A stretch of 53,510 nucleotides of DNA, taken from positions 1-53,510 of IMG/VR virus record IMGVR_UViG_3300031578_000047; one strand, written 5' to 3'. This stretch comes from a virus. Taxonomy: Duplodnaviria > Caudoviricetes. How positions within the stretch are numbered: position 1 is the first letter of the stretch; each line of letters starts with the position of its first letter. The notes below the pieces were generated by a model. The model saw only the letters and a list, made by a program, of their open reading frames with translations. It did not search any database and was not told the DNA's origin. The position numbers were made by a program, and so were the translations under genes. Below, one piece after another: positions 44,849-53,509 of this stretch.

Positions 44849-45322
44849 CTATCTGCCTGCGGCTGACTCATGGTTTGCCGCGTACCGCCGAGCAAGTGAC
44901 TCAGTCTCGAACCCATCCTTCAATGGAACATCTCCGCGCACTACTGCCCACTTGTGATGTGATCCTTTGAACTCGACCTTATAGATCGAAGGCAAGGATA
45001 CCGCCTGCTCCAGAGGCGTGAGCTCGAACTGCTGAATTCTGACAACGTGGGCGTACAGGCGGCCTGCGCCGCATACGTGGAATACATCCTTCCACGCCAT
45101 ATTGTCAGGCATAGCAACGATCTCATCTCCAGGGCGGAGCGATGTGGCAATGTGCTGCCAGTAGTTTTCGTTGAGAAGGTCGTCGCGATCAACCGACATC
45201 GGCACGTTTACACGCCATCGATTTGCTGCTTCAACCTCGAGGCCGAATCTAGCTTGTGTGATAGGGATGAGCTCCCCTTTTACTTCCTCGACTGGCTGTT
45301 CTTTTACCGCTGCTTCTGCCAT
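44849..45322 (-). CDS. Hypothetical late protein (157 aa)
   Basis: GGAG RBS; ATG at 45322. Confidence 0.72.
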   Translation of the reverse strand: MAEAAVKEQPVEEVKGELIPITQARFGLEVEAANRWRVNVPMSVDRDDLLNENYWQHIATSLRPGDEIVAMPDNMAWKDVFHVCGAGRLYAHVVRIQQFELTPLEQAVSLPSIYKVEFKGSHHKWAVVRGDVPLKDGFETESLARRYAANHESAAGR

Positions 45323-45335
45323 TACTGGTCTCCGT

Positions 45336-45371
45336 AACAAGAAAGGGGCAGACCCGGATGAGCCTGCCCCT
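45336..45371 (-). terminator. Intrinsic terminator after the capsid/decoration genes
   Basis: Stem AGGGGCAG/CTGCCCCT (45344-45351/45364-45371) followed by TTCTTGTT on the minus strand. Confidence 0.65.
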
Positions 45372-45410
45372 CGCATTGTCGCGCCTAAGCCTTTGTTACG
45401 TCAATTAGGC

Positions 45411-45707
45411 TTATGGGTTGCTGACGATGATGGTTGTCACCAAGCCAGCGGCGTCGATGGCAGACACCAGGCCCCACGATGCGTCGACCGTGTCCTCAAC
45501 AAAGAGGATTACGTCACCGACCCGAAGGCCTTTGTCGTGTCCATCAGTGATGAAGGACGCGGCCTGCATGTTGCCAAGCGTGTTGTCAGCGGTGAGAGCT
45601 CGATACGACCACTGAGCTACGGCGTAACCACCGTCATCAGCGGCCGCATTGTCGCCAGTACCCATGCGGGGAAACATTTGCTGCAGATTGTCAGACTTGT
45701 AAGCCAT
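45411..45707 (-). CDS. Capsid decoration/cement protein candidate (98 aa)
   Basis: AAGGAG RBS; directly after the MCP; GLRVGDVILF. Confidence 0.65.
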   Translation of the reverse strand: MAYKSDNLQQMFPRMGTGDNAAADDGGYAVAQWSYRALTADNTLGNMQAASFITDGHDKGLRVGDVILFVEDTVDASWGLVSAIDAAGLVTTIIVSNP

Positions 45708-45717
45708 GCGAATCTCC

Positions 45718-46566
45718 TTACGCGGTTAGAGTCGTTCCGACAGCGTGTACGAGTACAACACCACTGTTCTGGAGCAACTGTGAGCCCATGTAGATCGAGC
45801 AACGAGACCACGAATAGTCCTGCTCCTCGTCATACCCCGCCCGCGCCTCAATGTTGTCGGCATTGTAAGCGTGACCGATCGCGTTCTTGTGGTACGCGAA
45901 GCAGGTCTCGTCTGCGGTGCCTTTGCCAGGGAGGTCCGGGTGAACGACAAAGTTCATGCCGAGCCAGCGGTAAGACTGCTGGCGATCGCGCCATGCCTCG
46001 GGCGTATTGTCGATCGGCCCATTGGCTGTGAAGTCGCGACTGGTGAACGATGCCAGCGTCAGCAACATGCCCTCGAAGTGAGGCGTGACGAGCATATTGA
46101 TGTTTCCATCGAACGGCACATCGGCCTGACCCAGTCGGGTCTTGGCTTCGAGACACAGGTTGAGCGTAACGACAGCGGCGGCGCCGGTGTTGATGGTGCC
46201 GGTGTTCAGCTCGGTGATGATGTCAGAGTCAATCTTGCGATTGATGACGGCCATGCAGGTCATCTGCATGATCGCGCGCTGATTGCCTTGGCTGGCGAAG
46301 ATGTTGAAATCGGTCTTGCGAACGAGATCATGCCACTCGACCAGCGTGCAGGCAGGCTGCGCGAGGTTGTCGCCGCGTGCCGGAATCAATCCGTTCACAC
46401 CGCGGGTTTTAGCGGTTGCACCGCCTGAATCAGCTACCAGAAACGTCGCTACGTTTCCCTTGATTACGGAGTCGGTCGTGACCGAATCGCGCAATAGGGA
46501 CTGGTGCTGCTCGAATCCGGCAATGAATTCCTGCCGGTATTGTGTTTGAAAAGCAGTTTCGGCCAT
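45718..46566 (-). CDS. Major capsid protein (282 aa)
   Basis: AFQTQYRQEFIAGFEQHQSLLR, AVINRKIDSDII, WLGMNF, AYHKNAIGHA; position. Confidence 0.88.
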   Translation of the reverse strand: MAETAFQTQYRQEFIAGFEQHQSLLRDSVTTDSVIKGNVATFLVADSGGATAKTRGVNGLIPARGDNLAQPACTLVEWHDLVRKTDFNIFASQGNQRAIMQMTCMAVINRKIDSDIITELNTGTINTGAAAVVTLNLCLEAKTRLGQADVPFDGNINMLVTPHFEGMLLTLASFTSRDFTANGPIDNTPEAWRDRQQSYRWLGMNFVVHPDLPGKGTADETCFAYHKNAIGHAYNADNIEARAGYDEEQDYSWSRCSIYMGSQLLQNSGVVLVHAVGTTLTA

Positions 46567-46607
46567 GTCGGCTCTCCCAAAAAAAGTGAATTTCCATTTC
46601 CACTGGT

Positions 46608-46711
46608 CGGGTTGGCCTGATCTTGGCTGTGTGAGGGTTAGCCTTGCGGGGCCTCACACATTGCCGGCTCAGGGGCCGGGGGGCGCCGGGGCTCGAATGA
46701 GGTTGGCCGGC
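46608..46711 (-). ncRNA. Structured capsid 5' leader with three copies of a CC/CYAAC internal loop
   Basis: Hairpins 46685-46711 and 46628-46660, plus the enclosing stem 46669-46678/46608-46620. Confidence 0.65.
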
Positions 46712-46728
46712 TTGATGTGGTGACTGCG

Positions 46729-46758
46729 AATTTAGCCCTGCATCAGCCAGGTTGTCAA
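46729..46758 (-). promoter_or_regulatory. Sigma70-like promoter for the capsid transcript
   Basis: TTGACA (46758-46753), 18 bp, TAAATT (46734-46729). Confidence 0.65.
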
Positions 46759-46956
46759 CTACGTGTAGCTATTCGCTGAACCGATCACCGTGTTGGCCTT
46801 GGCCAGCTCTCGCTGACGGAGTGCCTTCACGGTTTTCGAGTCATATACGACGCCATCGAACTCAGCCTTCTCTTTGCCACGATCGAAGTAGCCCATTGAC
46901 CATGCTGTCGGAGGCTTTGACCACCTGAATGCCTTAGAATTTAGCAACTTCCCCAT
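46759..46956 (-). CDS. Small hypothetical protein (65 aa)
   Basis: TGATG coupling with the upstream micro-ORF. Confidence 0.55.
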   Translation of the reverse strand: MGKLLNSKAFRWSKPPTAWSMGYFDRGKEKAEFDGVVYDSKTVKALRQRELAKANTVIGSANSYT

Positions 46957-47078
46957 CAGTAGCTCTTTGCTTTTTTCTTGGCCTTCTTGGTCTTGCCGCT
47001 GAACGGGGTTTTCGGCTTAGCCGGCTTTGAGCTGGATAGCCTGCCAACATATTTCGTCTGCGGTGCCGATTCGCTCAT
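46956..47078 (-). CDS. Lys-rich micro-protein (40 aa; not in ORF track)
   Basis: MSESAPQTKYVGRLSSSKPAKPKTPFSGKTKKAKKKAKSY; ATGA/TGATG overlaps. Confidence 0.55.
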   Translation of the reverse strand: MSESAPQTKYVGRLSSSKPAKPKTPFSGKTKKAKKKAKSY

Positions 47079-47245
47079 AGCTGATCCGTTTCTCCACCAA
47101 GGGGAGTTTTTGCGCGACGACCTCGAGCACGGCCGGGAATCGGTGAGGCGACGTTCGAGGTGCCACGACCCGGCTCAATGCCGGTATAGGTGACACTCTG
47201 CTTGCGCTTCCTCATGTCAAAGACCTTCCTGAATAGCTTTGCCAT
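47075..47245 (-). CDS. Basic micro-protein (56 aa; not in ORF track)
   Basis: AAGGAGG RBS; MAKLFRKVFDMRKRKQSV...RARGRRAK. Confidence 0.65.
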   Translation of the reverse strand: MAKLFRKVFDMRKRKQSVTYTGIEPGRGTSNVASPIPGRARGRRAKTPLGGETDQL

Positions 47246-47257
47246 GACCCCTCCTTA

Positions 47258-47374
47258 CTAGGCTGTGAAGTCGATTGAATCACCCGGTTGAACAGGGCCA
47301 GTGTCAATCGCCGCTTCCGGCTGATTGTCGTTATTGGTCTCGATGTGCTCTGTGGGCTGCAACGGTGCTGCCAT
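47258..47374 (-). CDS. Acidic micro-protein (38 aa; not in ORF track)
   Basis: AAGGAG RBS; MAAPLQPTEHIETNNDNQPEAAIDTGPVQPGDSIDFTA. Confidence 0.6.
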   Translation of the reverse strand: MAAPLQPTEHIETNNDNQPEAAIDTGPVQPGDSIDFTA

Positions 47375-47385
47375 GATGGTTCTCC

Positions 47386-48333
47386 TTAACCAGTCTTGCG
47401 TTTGTCGTGCTCCAGTCGGATGTCGTAGAGCTCCAGAAGTCGATCCTGCATCTTCTGGTCAGCATTGTACTCCTTGCGATTGGTGCGCATAAATTTCTCG
47501 ATCTCAGCGATCTCGTTATTGAGCGTCTGAGCTGGATCGTTGTTCTGGCTGATTACCCTGGCCAGCGGATCCATCTTGCGGCTCAGGCCTGCAAGACCCT
47601 TGACGATCTCTGGGATATTCATAATTGCTCGGCCTTCACCGTCGCGAGCATTCAGTATGGCGTCTTTAGCCTGTTCGCCAAAGGTCGTTTCCAGCAGCTT
47701 GCTGACCATATTGATGTTGGTGCGGTAATCAGATCCCCACTCGTTGCGCAGCGCGTCCTCAGTTTCCTGATGGTGCGAGTGATCGATCTCCGCGAGCTGC
47801 TCCTGCTGCTGCTCAGCGAAGCCGTTGTACCAGCCAATAACTTCCTGCATGACTTCAGGAGATACGTTCTTGCTGTGCATTTTCGTTGCAAAGTCAGTGA
47901 AAATCTCCTTGTCAGCCTCACCAACAACCAGACCCTCTGGCAGATTCTCAAAGTAACCTTCAGGCTCAGCAGGGATACCGTTCGCCTCGCGAAACGCCTT
48001 GATGTCATCGTCCGTCGCGTCCGGGGCCGGGGCCTGCTTGTACATGCCACCGCGGATCGTGGCTTGCGCTTCACGGAATGACTTGCCCATGTCAGCCGGA
48101 GTCGAGAACCTGTCGAGCTGACTCTTGAACTTGGCGTCGTCGCCGGCGATGTCGACTCGCCAGTCACGGTTCTTGGTATTCTCAAAATCTTCGAGGAAGG
48201 CCTGCGGGGTGTCGTAACCCTTCAGCAGCTCAATACGCTCCGCGGGAGCATCATCGCCAACAAGCGGCTGGAACCAGGTTGGCTCTGCAGGATTGTTGAT
48301 CGGGTTATCGGTTGTCTGGTCTGTTTCCGCCAT
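47386..48333 (-). CDS. Capsid scaffolding protein (315 aa)
   Basis: DWR, GIPAEPEGY, LRNEWGSDY motifs; acidic; between portal and capsid. Confidence 0.8.
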   Translation of the reverse strand: MAETDQTTDNPINNPAEPTWFQPLVGDDAPAERIELLKGYDTPQAFLEDFENTKNRDWRVDIAGDDAKFKSQLDRFSTPADMGKSFREAQATIRGGMYKQAPAPDATDDDIKAFREANGIPAEPEGYFENLPEGLVVGEADKEIFTDFATKMHSKNVSPEVMQEVIGWYNGFAEQQQEQLAEIDHSHHQETEDALRNEWGSDYRTNINMVSKLLETTFGEQAKDAILNARDGEGRAIMNIPEIVKGLAGLSRKMDPLARVISQNNDPAQTLNNEIAEIEKFMRTNRKEYNADQKMQDRLLELYDIRLEHDKRKTG

Positions 48334-48649
48334 CTTCTATCTCTCTCGCTGAAATTTTATCGGGATCCGTCCTTGTCGGGGCCGACTTCAGCATCCATAC
48401 CAAAGTGGTTCCTATGAAGCGTTTGCCTTCCGCGAAGGTCGTGCCGTGCTGATCTCCTGGCCGGTAGCTCGTATCGTGAGTGCCAGCAGCGCGAATCATA
48501 TACTCGATCGCTGCAATTTGCTGCCGCTCTGAGGCCTTTCCGTTCATGCAGGCGCGCAGCGCCATGACCTCGAAGTTGGTGTAGTCCGGACGCTCCAGAG
48601 GATCCTTTTTCGGCAAGCACTCGCCAATCGTGTCGCGGATCTCTCCCAT
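48305..48649 (-). CDS. Conserved post-portal protein (Bbp19-like, 114 aa)
   Basis: SYRPGDQHGTTFAEGKRFIG motif; position. Confidence 0.72.
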   Translation of the reverse strand: MGEIRDTIGECLPKKDPLERPDYTNFEVMALRACMNGKASERQQIAAIEYMIRAAGTHDTSYRPGDQHGTTFAEGKRFIGTTLVWMLKSAPTRTDPDKISAREIEDGGNRPDNR

Positions 48650-50292
48650 CAGGCAGCTACATCAACGCCAGTCAACTGCGAGGCCTGAGCAACATCGCGG
48701 ATCGCGGCGCCACCCTTCTGGGCAACTTCGGCGCCTTGCTGAATCTCCATGGCTTCCTGATCGCGGTCGGCCTGTGCCTGCACTTGATCCAAAGGAACCA
48801 TGTGTCTGGCCGGCAAACCGATACCTGTCAGGGCATCTCTGAGAGAACCATTGACGTCGACGTTGTAAGCGGCAGTCGGATCCATCTGTACAGCCCTCTC
48901 GAGAAGATCTGCAGTTTCGTAGAATACCGCGGCCTGCTTGCGCTCGATGGCGTCGTGCAGCGGACTGACAAACTTGAAATGCACTTCCTGACCCTGCAGC
49001 TCTTGTGGCATGTCCTGCACGGATCCAAAAGCGCCAGCGCGCAGAAGGCTGTCGAAGGTATCTTCACAAAGTTGGCCGTTGTAGTCGTGCTCCATCGGCT
49101 CGAATAGTGGCAAGGCTGCCCTGACATACTCCTCTACGCGCTGACCTACTTCAAACGCCGTCATGTCGCCCTCTGGCGGCGGCAGCGTTAATTTATTCAG
49201 GTAGAAAGCCTGCGTGAGCATCTGCATCTGCATGTCGCGCTCGTTGTAACCCTGCGGCAATCCCCTGCGATCCTGAGCGATCGGCCTGAGCACATCACCC
49301 TTGCGCTCGTCGTACTCGACATCGGCCCATGTAATGCCACCGGCATACAGTTGCACATCACCGCGGACAGCGTCCTGGGTGGCAATCATCGGTGGACGCA
49401 CGGACATCTCGCCGGCTTCGAGAAGCGTCAGGCTCATGGCCTGTAGCAGCCGTGCGTCCGGTAGGCCGGCAACAGTGGCGGGGGAATAAGCGTATTGGGA
49501 TCCGGATACGGTCTGCCATCTTGGCACCGTGAAGCCCATGGAGTTCTGCGGCATCTCACCCATGATGTGATTGTTCAGAGTGTCGATGTAGCTCAGCACC
49601 CACGGATAGCCCTTGGCTATGTCCTGCTGGCCCTGATAGACGTCCGTCGAGGCAACCATTCTGAGGCAATCGATCTTCTGCAGATCGCCACCCATCTGCA
49701 TCGACATACGCTCGACGTTCGGGTGCAGCTTCATGCCCATCTCTTTGAGCTCTTTGATGGTCGGCTTCCATTTCACATACAGCTCGCCAATGGTGCCATC
49801 AGATTTCTCGGCCCATGCGCAATCGCGCAGATGCCATGTCCTGTATAGCAAGTGCGGTCGCTGTGAACTCCAGATTATTTCACGCGAAATTACACACTGA
49901 CCAAACGCGGCAAAGTCTGCATCAGCCTCAGCCGTGGCGCGGATGAACTGCGCCTTGCGATCGTACATCGCCATGCGCATCCGCTTGGTGGCCCAGTCGA
50001 GCCACTGGTGGCCGGCCTGCGTCAGCATGTCCTCGTCATGCACCGAGATCGAAAACCACTCTTTTGCCCGCGGGCGCAGCATCGCTGCAAACGAGGTCGA
50101 CAATTCGCGGTGCACAATAATCGGATAGGAGCTGTACAGATTGGAGGCAAACTCCTCACCGACATAGCGAGTCACGGTGAAATCTGCGCGCTGCGGGTAA
50201 AAGTTGTCGGCAATTTCCTGCCACAAGGTTGTCAGGACCTTGCGGTCAGACCAGAGCTGCATTCCGCGTGCTACAAGGTCTTGAGGTCTCAT
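48649..50292 (-). CDS. Portal (head-to-tail connector) protein
   Basis: WQEIADNFYP, EWF, VPRW...YAYSP, MTAFEV, FVSPL. Confidence 0.92.
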   Translation of the reverse strand: MRPQDLVARGMQLWSDRKVLTTLWQEIADNFYPQRADFTVTRYVGEEFASNLYSSYPIIVHRELSTSFAAMLRPRAKEWFSISVHDEDMLTQAGHQWLDWATKRMRMAMYDRKAQFIRATAEADADFAAFGQCVISREIIWSSQRPHLLYRTWHLRDCAWAEKSDGTIGELYVKWKPTIKELKEMGMKLHPNVERMSMQMGGDLQKIDCLRMVASTDVYQGQQDIAKGYPWVLSYIDTLNNHIMGEMPQNSMGFTVPRWQTVSGSQYAYSPATVAGLPDARLLQAMSLTLLEAGEMSVRPPMIATQDAVRGDVQLYAGGITWADVEYDERKGDVLRPIAQDRRGLPQGYNERDMQMQMLTQAFYLNKLTLPPPEGDMTAFEVGQRVEEYVRAALPLFEPMEHDYNGQLCEDTFDSLLRAGAFGSVQDMPQELQGQEVHFKFVSPLHDAIERKQAAVFYETADLLERAVQMDPTAAYNVDVNGSLRDALTGIGLPARHMVPLDQVQAQADRDQEAMEIQQGAEVAQKGGAAIRDVAQASQLTGVDVAA

Positions 50293-50531
50293 CCGAGTGT
50301 GTCTCCGGAGGTCATTACCGTCGAGGCGCGTGAGCCTACTCGTTTGGCGGCCTTGCGCCGTTCGATCAGCTTGAGCATCTGCTCATCCGGCATGTTGGCA
50401 TTCTCGAATTGCTTGTTGATGGCCTTCTGTTTTTTTGCCTTTTTCTCGGCGCGAATTTCGTCGTTGGTTTTCCAGCCCTTGCCGACAGACGCATTGAATG
50501 ATCGCTTGGCTGTATTTTTGAGTCCTGACAT
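50289..50531 (-). CDS. Small basic pre-portal protein (80 aa)
   Basis: GGGAGG RBS; ends SRASTVMTSGDTLG, typical of the gene preceding podovirus portals. Confidence 0.72.
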   Translation of the reverse strand: MSGLKNTAKRSFNASVGKGWKTNDEIRAEKKAKKQKAINKQFENANMPDEQMLKLIERRKAAKRVGSRASTVMTSGDTLG

Positions 50532-52186
50532 TAGTGTCTCCCTCCCCTCCGTGGGCCGAGATTTACGGCAGGTCGCCGCGAGGCTTTGCCAAGCATCGTA
50601 CCCGCCAATTGATCTTTGCGCCACTCATGCAAGTGTGTAACTGCCCGGGCGCCTGCACTCCATGCCTGCACCACAGCATCTCCCCTGTCAGGAGAACGAG
50701 CAAGCAAAGCGACTACGTCTTTTTTCGGTGTGATCTTGATGCCGTTTGCGGTCAGCTCCCAGGCCACAGCGGTCAGGTCTGAAACCAGCATCGGGTCATC
50801 CGGAAGCGCAATCGGTGAGCCACCATCCTGCTCAGGATCCAGCGCCTCCATGAAGCGGTAATAGACCTCTGCGCGCTTGTTGAAAAACTTGAGCTGCTTC
50901 TGTTTAGTGCGGCCAACGGACGGATCCATGCCCACATGGCGCTGACACTCAACACCATTCTCCTCGAGATGCGCAAACGCCTCAGCACCGTTCATCTCAC
51001 CACAGTCAATCACCGGAATCGCGTTATGCTTCCTGTGCTTGATAACCAATGCCGCGACATCGCGGCCGTGCGGGGTCTGATGGCCCGGGACGGCAATAAC
51101 AGGTGGATAAAAACCGTCATAGCGCGGCGCCAGCACCGTTTCGTCCTTCTGGCGAGCGGCATCGACACCGATCGCGCACATCGGCACATTTACGGGCGGC
51201 TGGCCGTTGTAATCGTCGCGCCATCTGTTTTGCGCGGCTCTGATCCAGTCGGTCGGGATGAGCTGGTCGGGCTCGTCCTGGCGGGCCGCCATGAAGTTAC
51301 CGTCACGAATGGCCGATCGTAAAGGCTCCTGTAGCGCATCGAGCTTGGCCGCATACTTACCGTCTGAGGCAAGAAACGGATTGTCGTCGAGCTTTCCGGG
51401 GATAAAGGTTCTTGATTCGGGGGTGAGGTATCTGATCGTGCCATCCGGGTTCTTCCTGCCTGAGTCAATTTTTACATCCGGGCCATCGATCCAGTGATCG
51501 AACGAATTACCACCATCGCCCTGCATCGTGACTACCCAACGCAGCTCACCAGGCTTGGCCGGATTCGGGTAACGATTATCCAGCCACGGCGCAAACATCG
51601 AAATGATCCAGTCGCCCGCTGAAGTGGTTGGCGGGTTGCTGGCCAAAACCACCCGACACCGCTGCCCATCCTCCGCCGATCGCACCCAACCCATCAAAAA
51701 GCGCACCTGCTTCTCACGATTCTGCACCACCTCGTCAATCGCGAGCAGATCGTGCGCCTGACCCTGCCAATGCTCCTCATCACCCGGCTTTGCCAAACCA
51801 CCAAAATCGATCAGGCGATCATTCACGGTGCGCAATCTTGGCGGAATCGAACCGTTGTAACCCTTGTCCGTGCCATTGATCTCCTTGGCCCGATCCGTCA
51901 GGGCCGTCAAATCAACGTAGTGCTTCCTGATAATCAGCGTGCGCTTGTGCTCAGTGAATGCGAGGCCGAGTATCAAATCGGTCTTGCCGGAACCACCGGA
52001 CCCGCCGTAAAGCAATACATCGGCCTCACAATTGACCGCGTCAAGCTGCGGCCCAACAGTCGGAAACCACATCCTCCCTGTTGAGCGATCGCCAATCGTG
52101 GCATCCAGCTCAGCACGCTGCTCAGGCGTCATCTGCTCATACTTCTTGAGCAGATCCTCCATCAGTAAACTCGACTGCACGTTCAT
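50531..52186 (-). CDS. terL: Terminase large subunit
   Basis: Walker A GGSGGSGKT, Walker B LLAIDE, ASNPP, DNPFL, nuclease IGVDAA and SPDRGDA. Confidence 0.95.
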   Translation of the reverse strand: MNVQSSLLMEDLLKKYEQMTPEQRAELDATIGDRSTGRMWFPTVGPQLDAVNCEADVLLYGGSGGSGKTDLILGLAFTEHKRTLIIRKHYVDLTALTDRAKEINGTDKGYNGSIPPRLRTVNDRLIDFGGLAKPGDEEHWQGQAHDLLAIDEVVQNREKQVRFLMGWVRSAEDGQRCRVVLASNPPTTSAGDWIISMFAPWLDNRYPNPAKPGELRWVVTMQGDGGNSFDHWIDGPDVKIDSGRKNPDGTIRYLTPESRTFIPGKLDDNPFLASDGKYAAKLDALQEPLRSAIRDGNFMAARQDEPDQLIPTDWIRAAQNRWRDDYNGQPPVNVPMCAIGVDAARQKDETVLAPRYDGFYPPVIAVPGHQTPHGRDVAALVIKHRKHNAIPVIDCGEMNGAEAFAHLEENGVECQRHVGMDPSVGRTKQKQLKFFNKRAEVYYRFMEALDPEQDGGSPIALPDDPMLVSDLTAVAWELTANGIKITPKKDVVALLARSPDRGDAVVQAWSAGARAVTHLHEWRKDQLAGTMLGKASRRPAVNLGPRRGGRH

Positions 52187-52452
52187 TTCCACACCGGAAA
52201 TCGAAACCAGAACGGCATACTGGGTATCGCAATCGCCCGCAAATCCAAAACCACCTGCTGCACAACATCAGTCGGAACCATCAACAACTTCAACGGCCCC
52301 TCACGATCATCCAGCGGCAACGGATGCTGAAACGCCGGATTCTGAACCTCAACAACCGGCCCGGTGACACGCTTAAAATCCGTGTAGATCAAGCCATAAC
52401 CCAACGGCATCTTGGTCTTATTGATCGAGTCAATAAACTCCTCACAATTCAT
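52183..52452 (-). CDS. Hypothetical protein (89 aa)
   Basis: ATGA coupling at both ends. Confidence 0.6.
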   Translation of the reverse strand: MNCEEFIDSINKTKMPLGYGLIYTDFKRVTGPVVEVQNPAFQHPLPLDDREGPLKLLMVPTDVVQQVVLDLRAIAIPSMPFWFRFPVWK

Positions 52453-53003
52453 CCACGGATCGCCTTCATCGCCTGCTTGAAATCGATCATGCCACCGTAC
52501 ATAGGCGCCGACAATCGCCTCGCCAAAGAACGCAAATACTCCACCTGACGATTCCTGTCCTTACAATTCCGACAAAACTCCGTGTACTCCGCCTTGTGCG
52601 CCGGAATCTCCTGGGTAAGCCGAAACTCCGGATCAGCAAGAAACATCTCCCACCACAAATCCACCAAATCACCCTGCTGCTGAAAATGCACCCGCTCATG
52701 CGCAATCAACTCGCGCGACAAATCACCCCTCGAGGGCGAATAGATCTTCCCACCATAAGCAAAGATATTCCGCTCAGTAACCGGCAACACCGCACGAATC
52801 GCCTCTATATTCGGCGGCCAATCCTGCACAACCTCCGTCACTTCCAATATCCCAACCTCCAAAGCGACCAAATGCCCCAAACGATCAACACCCGGCCAAA
52901 ACCCAGTCAAACGCCACCACCTCTGACGCCACCCCTCAAACCCTCGCCTGTCAAACTCAGGCGCCTTAACAGGATCCCCAAAAACCTGACCCCTTCGCGA
53001 CAC
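52449..53003 (-). CDS. Small HExxH zincin-like metallopeptidase (alternative TTG start at 52847)
   Basis: LIAHERVHFQQQ followed by EIPAH; GGAGG RBS before TTG 52847. Confidence 0.68.
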   Translation of the reverse strand: MSRRGQVFGDPVKAPEFDRRGFEGWRQRWWRLTGFWPGVDRLGHLVALEVGILEVTEVVQDWPPNIEAIRAVLPVTERNIFAYGGKIYSPSRGDLSRELIAHERVHFQQQGDLVDLWWEMFLADPEFRLTQEIPAHKAEYTEFCRNCKDRNRQVEYLRSLARRLSAPMYGGMIDFKQAMKAIRG

Positions 53004-53371
53004 CTAGCGAAGCTCGAAATTTTTTTTCACCCTCACTTATCCCGCTCCACACACACCGCAATAAACCCAACATCCTCGCGCTCAGTCTGCACAGAATCGC
53101 GGGCAGCAATGCAGCGGGCCTCCTGATGATACACGCCCGCCTCGACCGCAGGGGCAGGGGGATGACCAGGAACCACCAACCAAACCAGCAAAATCCACTC
53201 AATCATGTCGGTACACCTTTTTGCTACGAAATTTTTTGAAATTCTGTATGGAGAGGCTCCATCCCCGCGGTCGGCCGCGCGCTCAGCGGGCCCCGGGTCG
53301 TATATAAGGCCACCCCACCTTCGGCGCCGCGAATCGTCGTGTTGCTTAGCAACAGAGCGAGGCTGAAGCCC

Positions 53372-53509
53372 TTAGTCTGCAATGGATGTGTCCGGCGATT
53401 CGGGCCATTCGGGCTCTGTCGGTACAAGGCTCGATTCGCCCTCAATGACTGCCCCGGCTGCCTGATCCTCCAGCATGAACAGGGCGAGGCGCCGCATTTT
53501 CTCCCGGTC
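53372..53509 (-). CDS. 3' end of probable terminase small subunit (partial, runs off window)
   Basis: Open frame from the window edge: DREKMRRLALFMLEDQAAGAVIEGESSLVP...; position upstream of terL. Confidence 0.5.
   Translation of the reverse strand, partial: DREKMRRLALFMLEDQAAGAVIEGESSLVPTEPEWPESPDTSIAD

Noticed and set aside
52966-53445. ORFs 52966-53202 and 53224-53445 (minus)
   Set aside because: No motifs; low-complexity skewed sequence; the second overlaps the better terS-like frame
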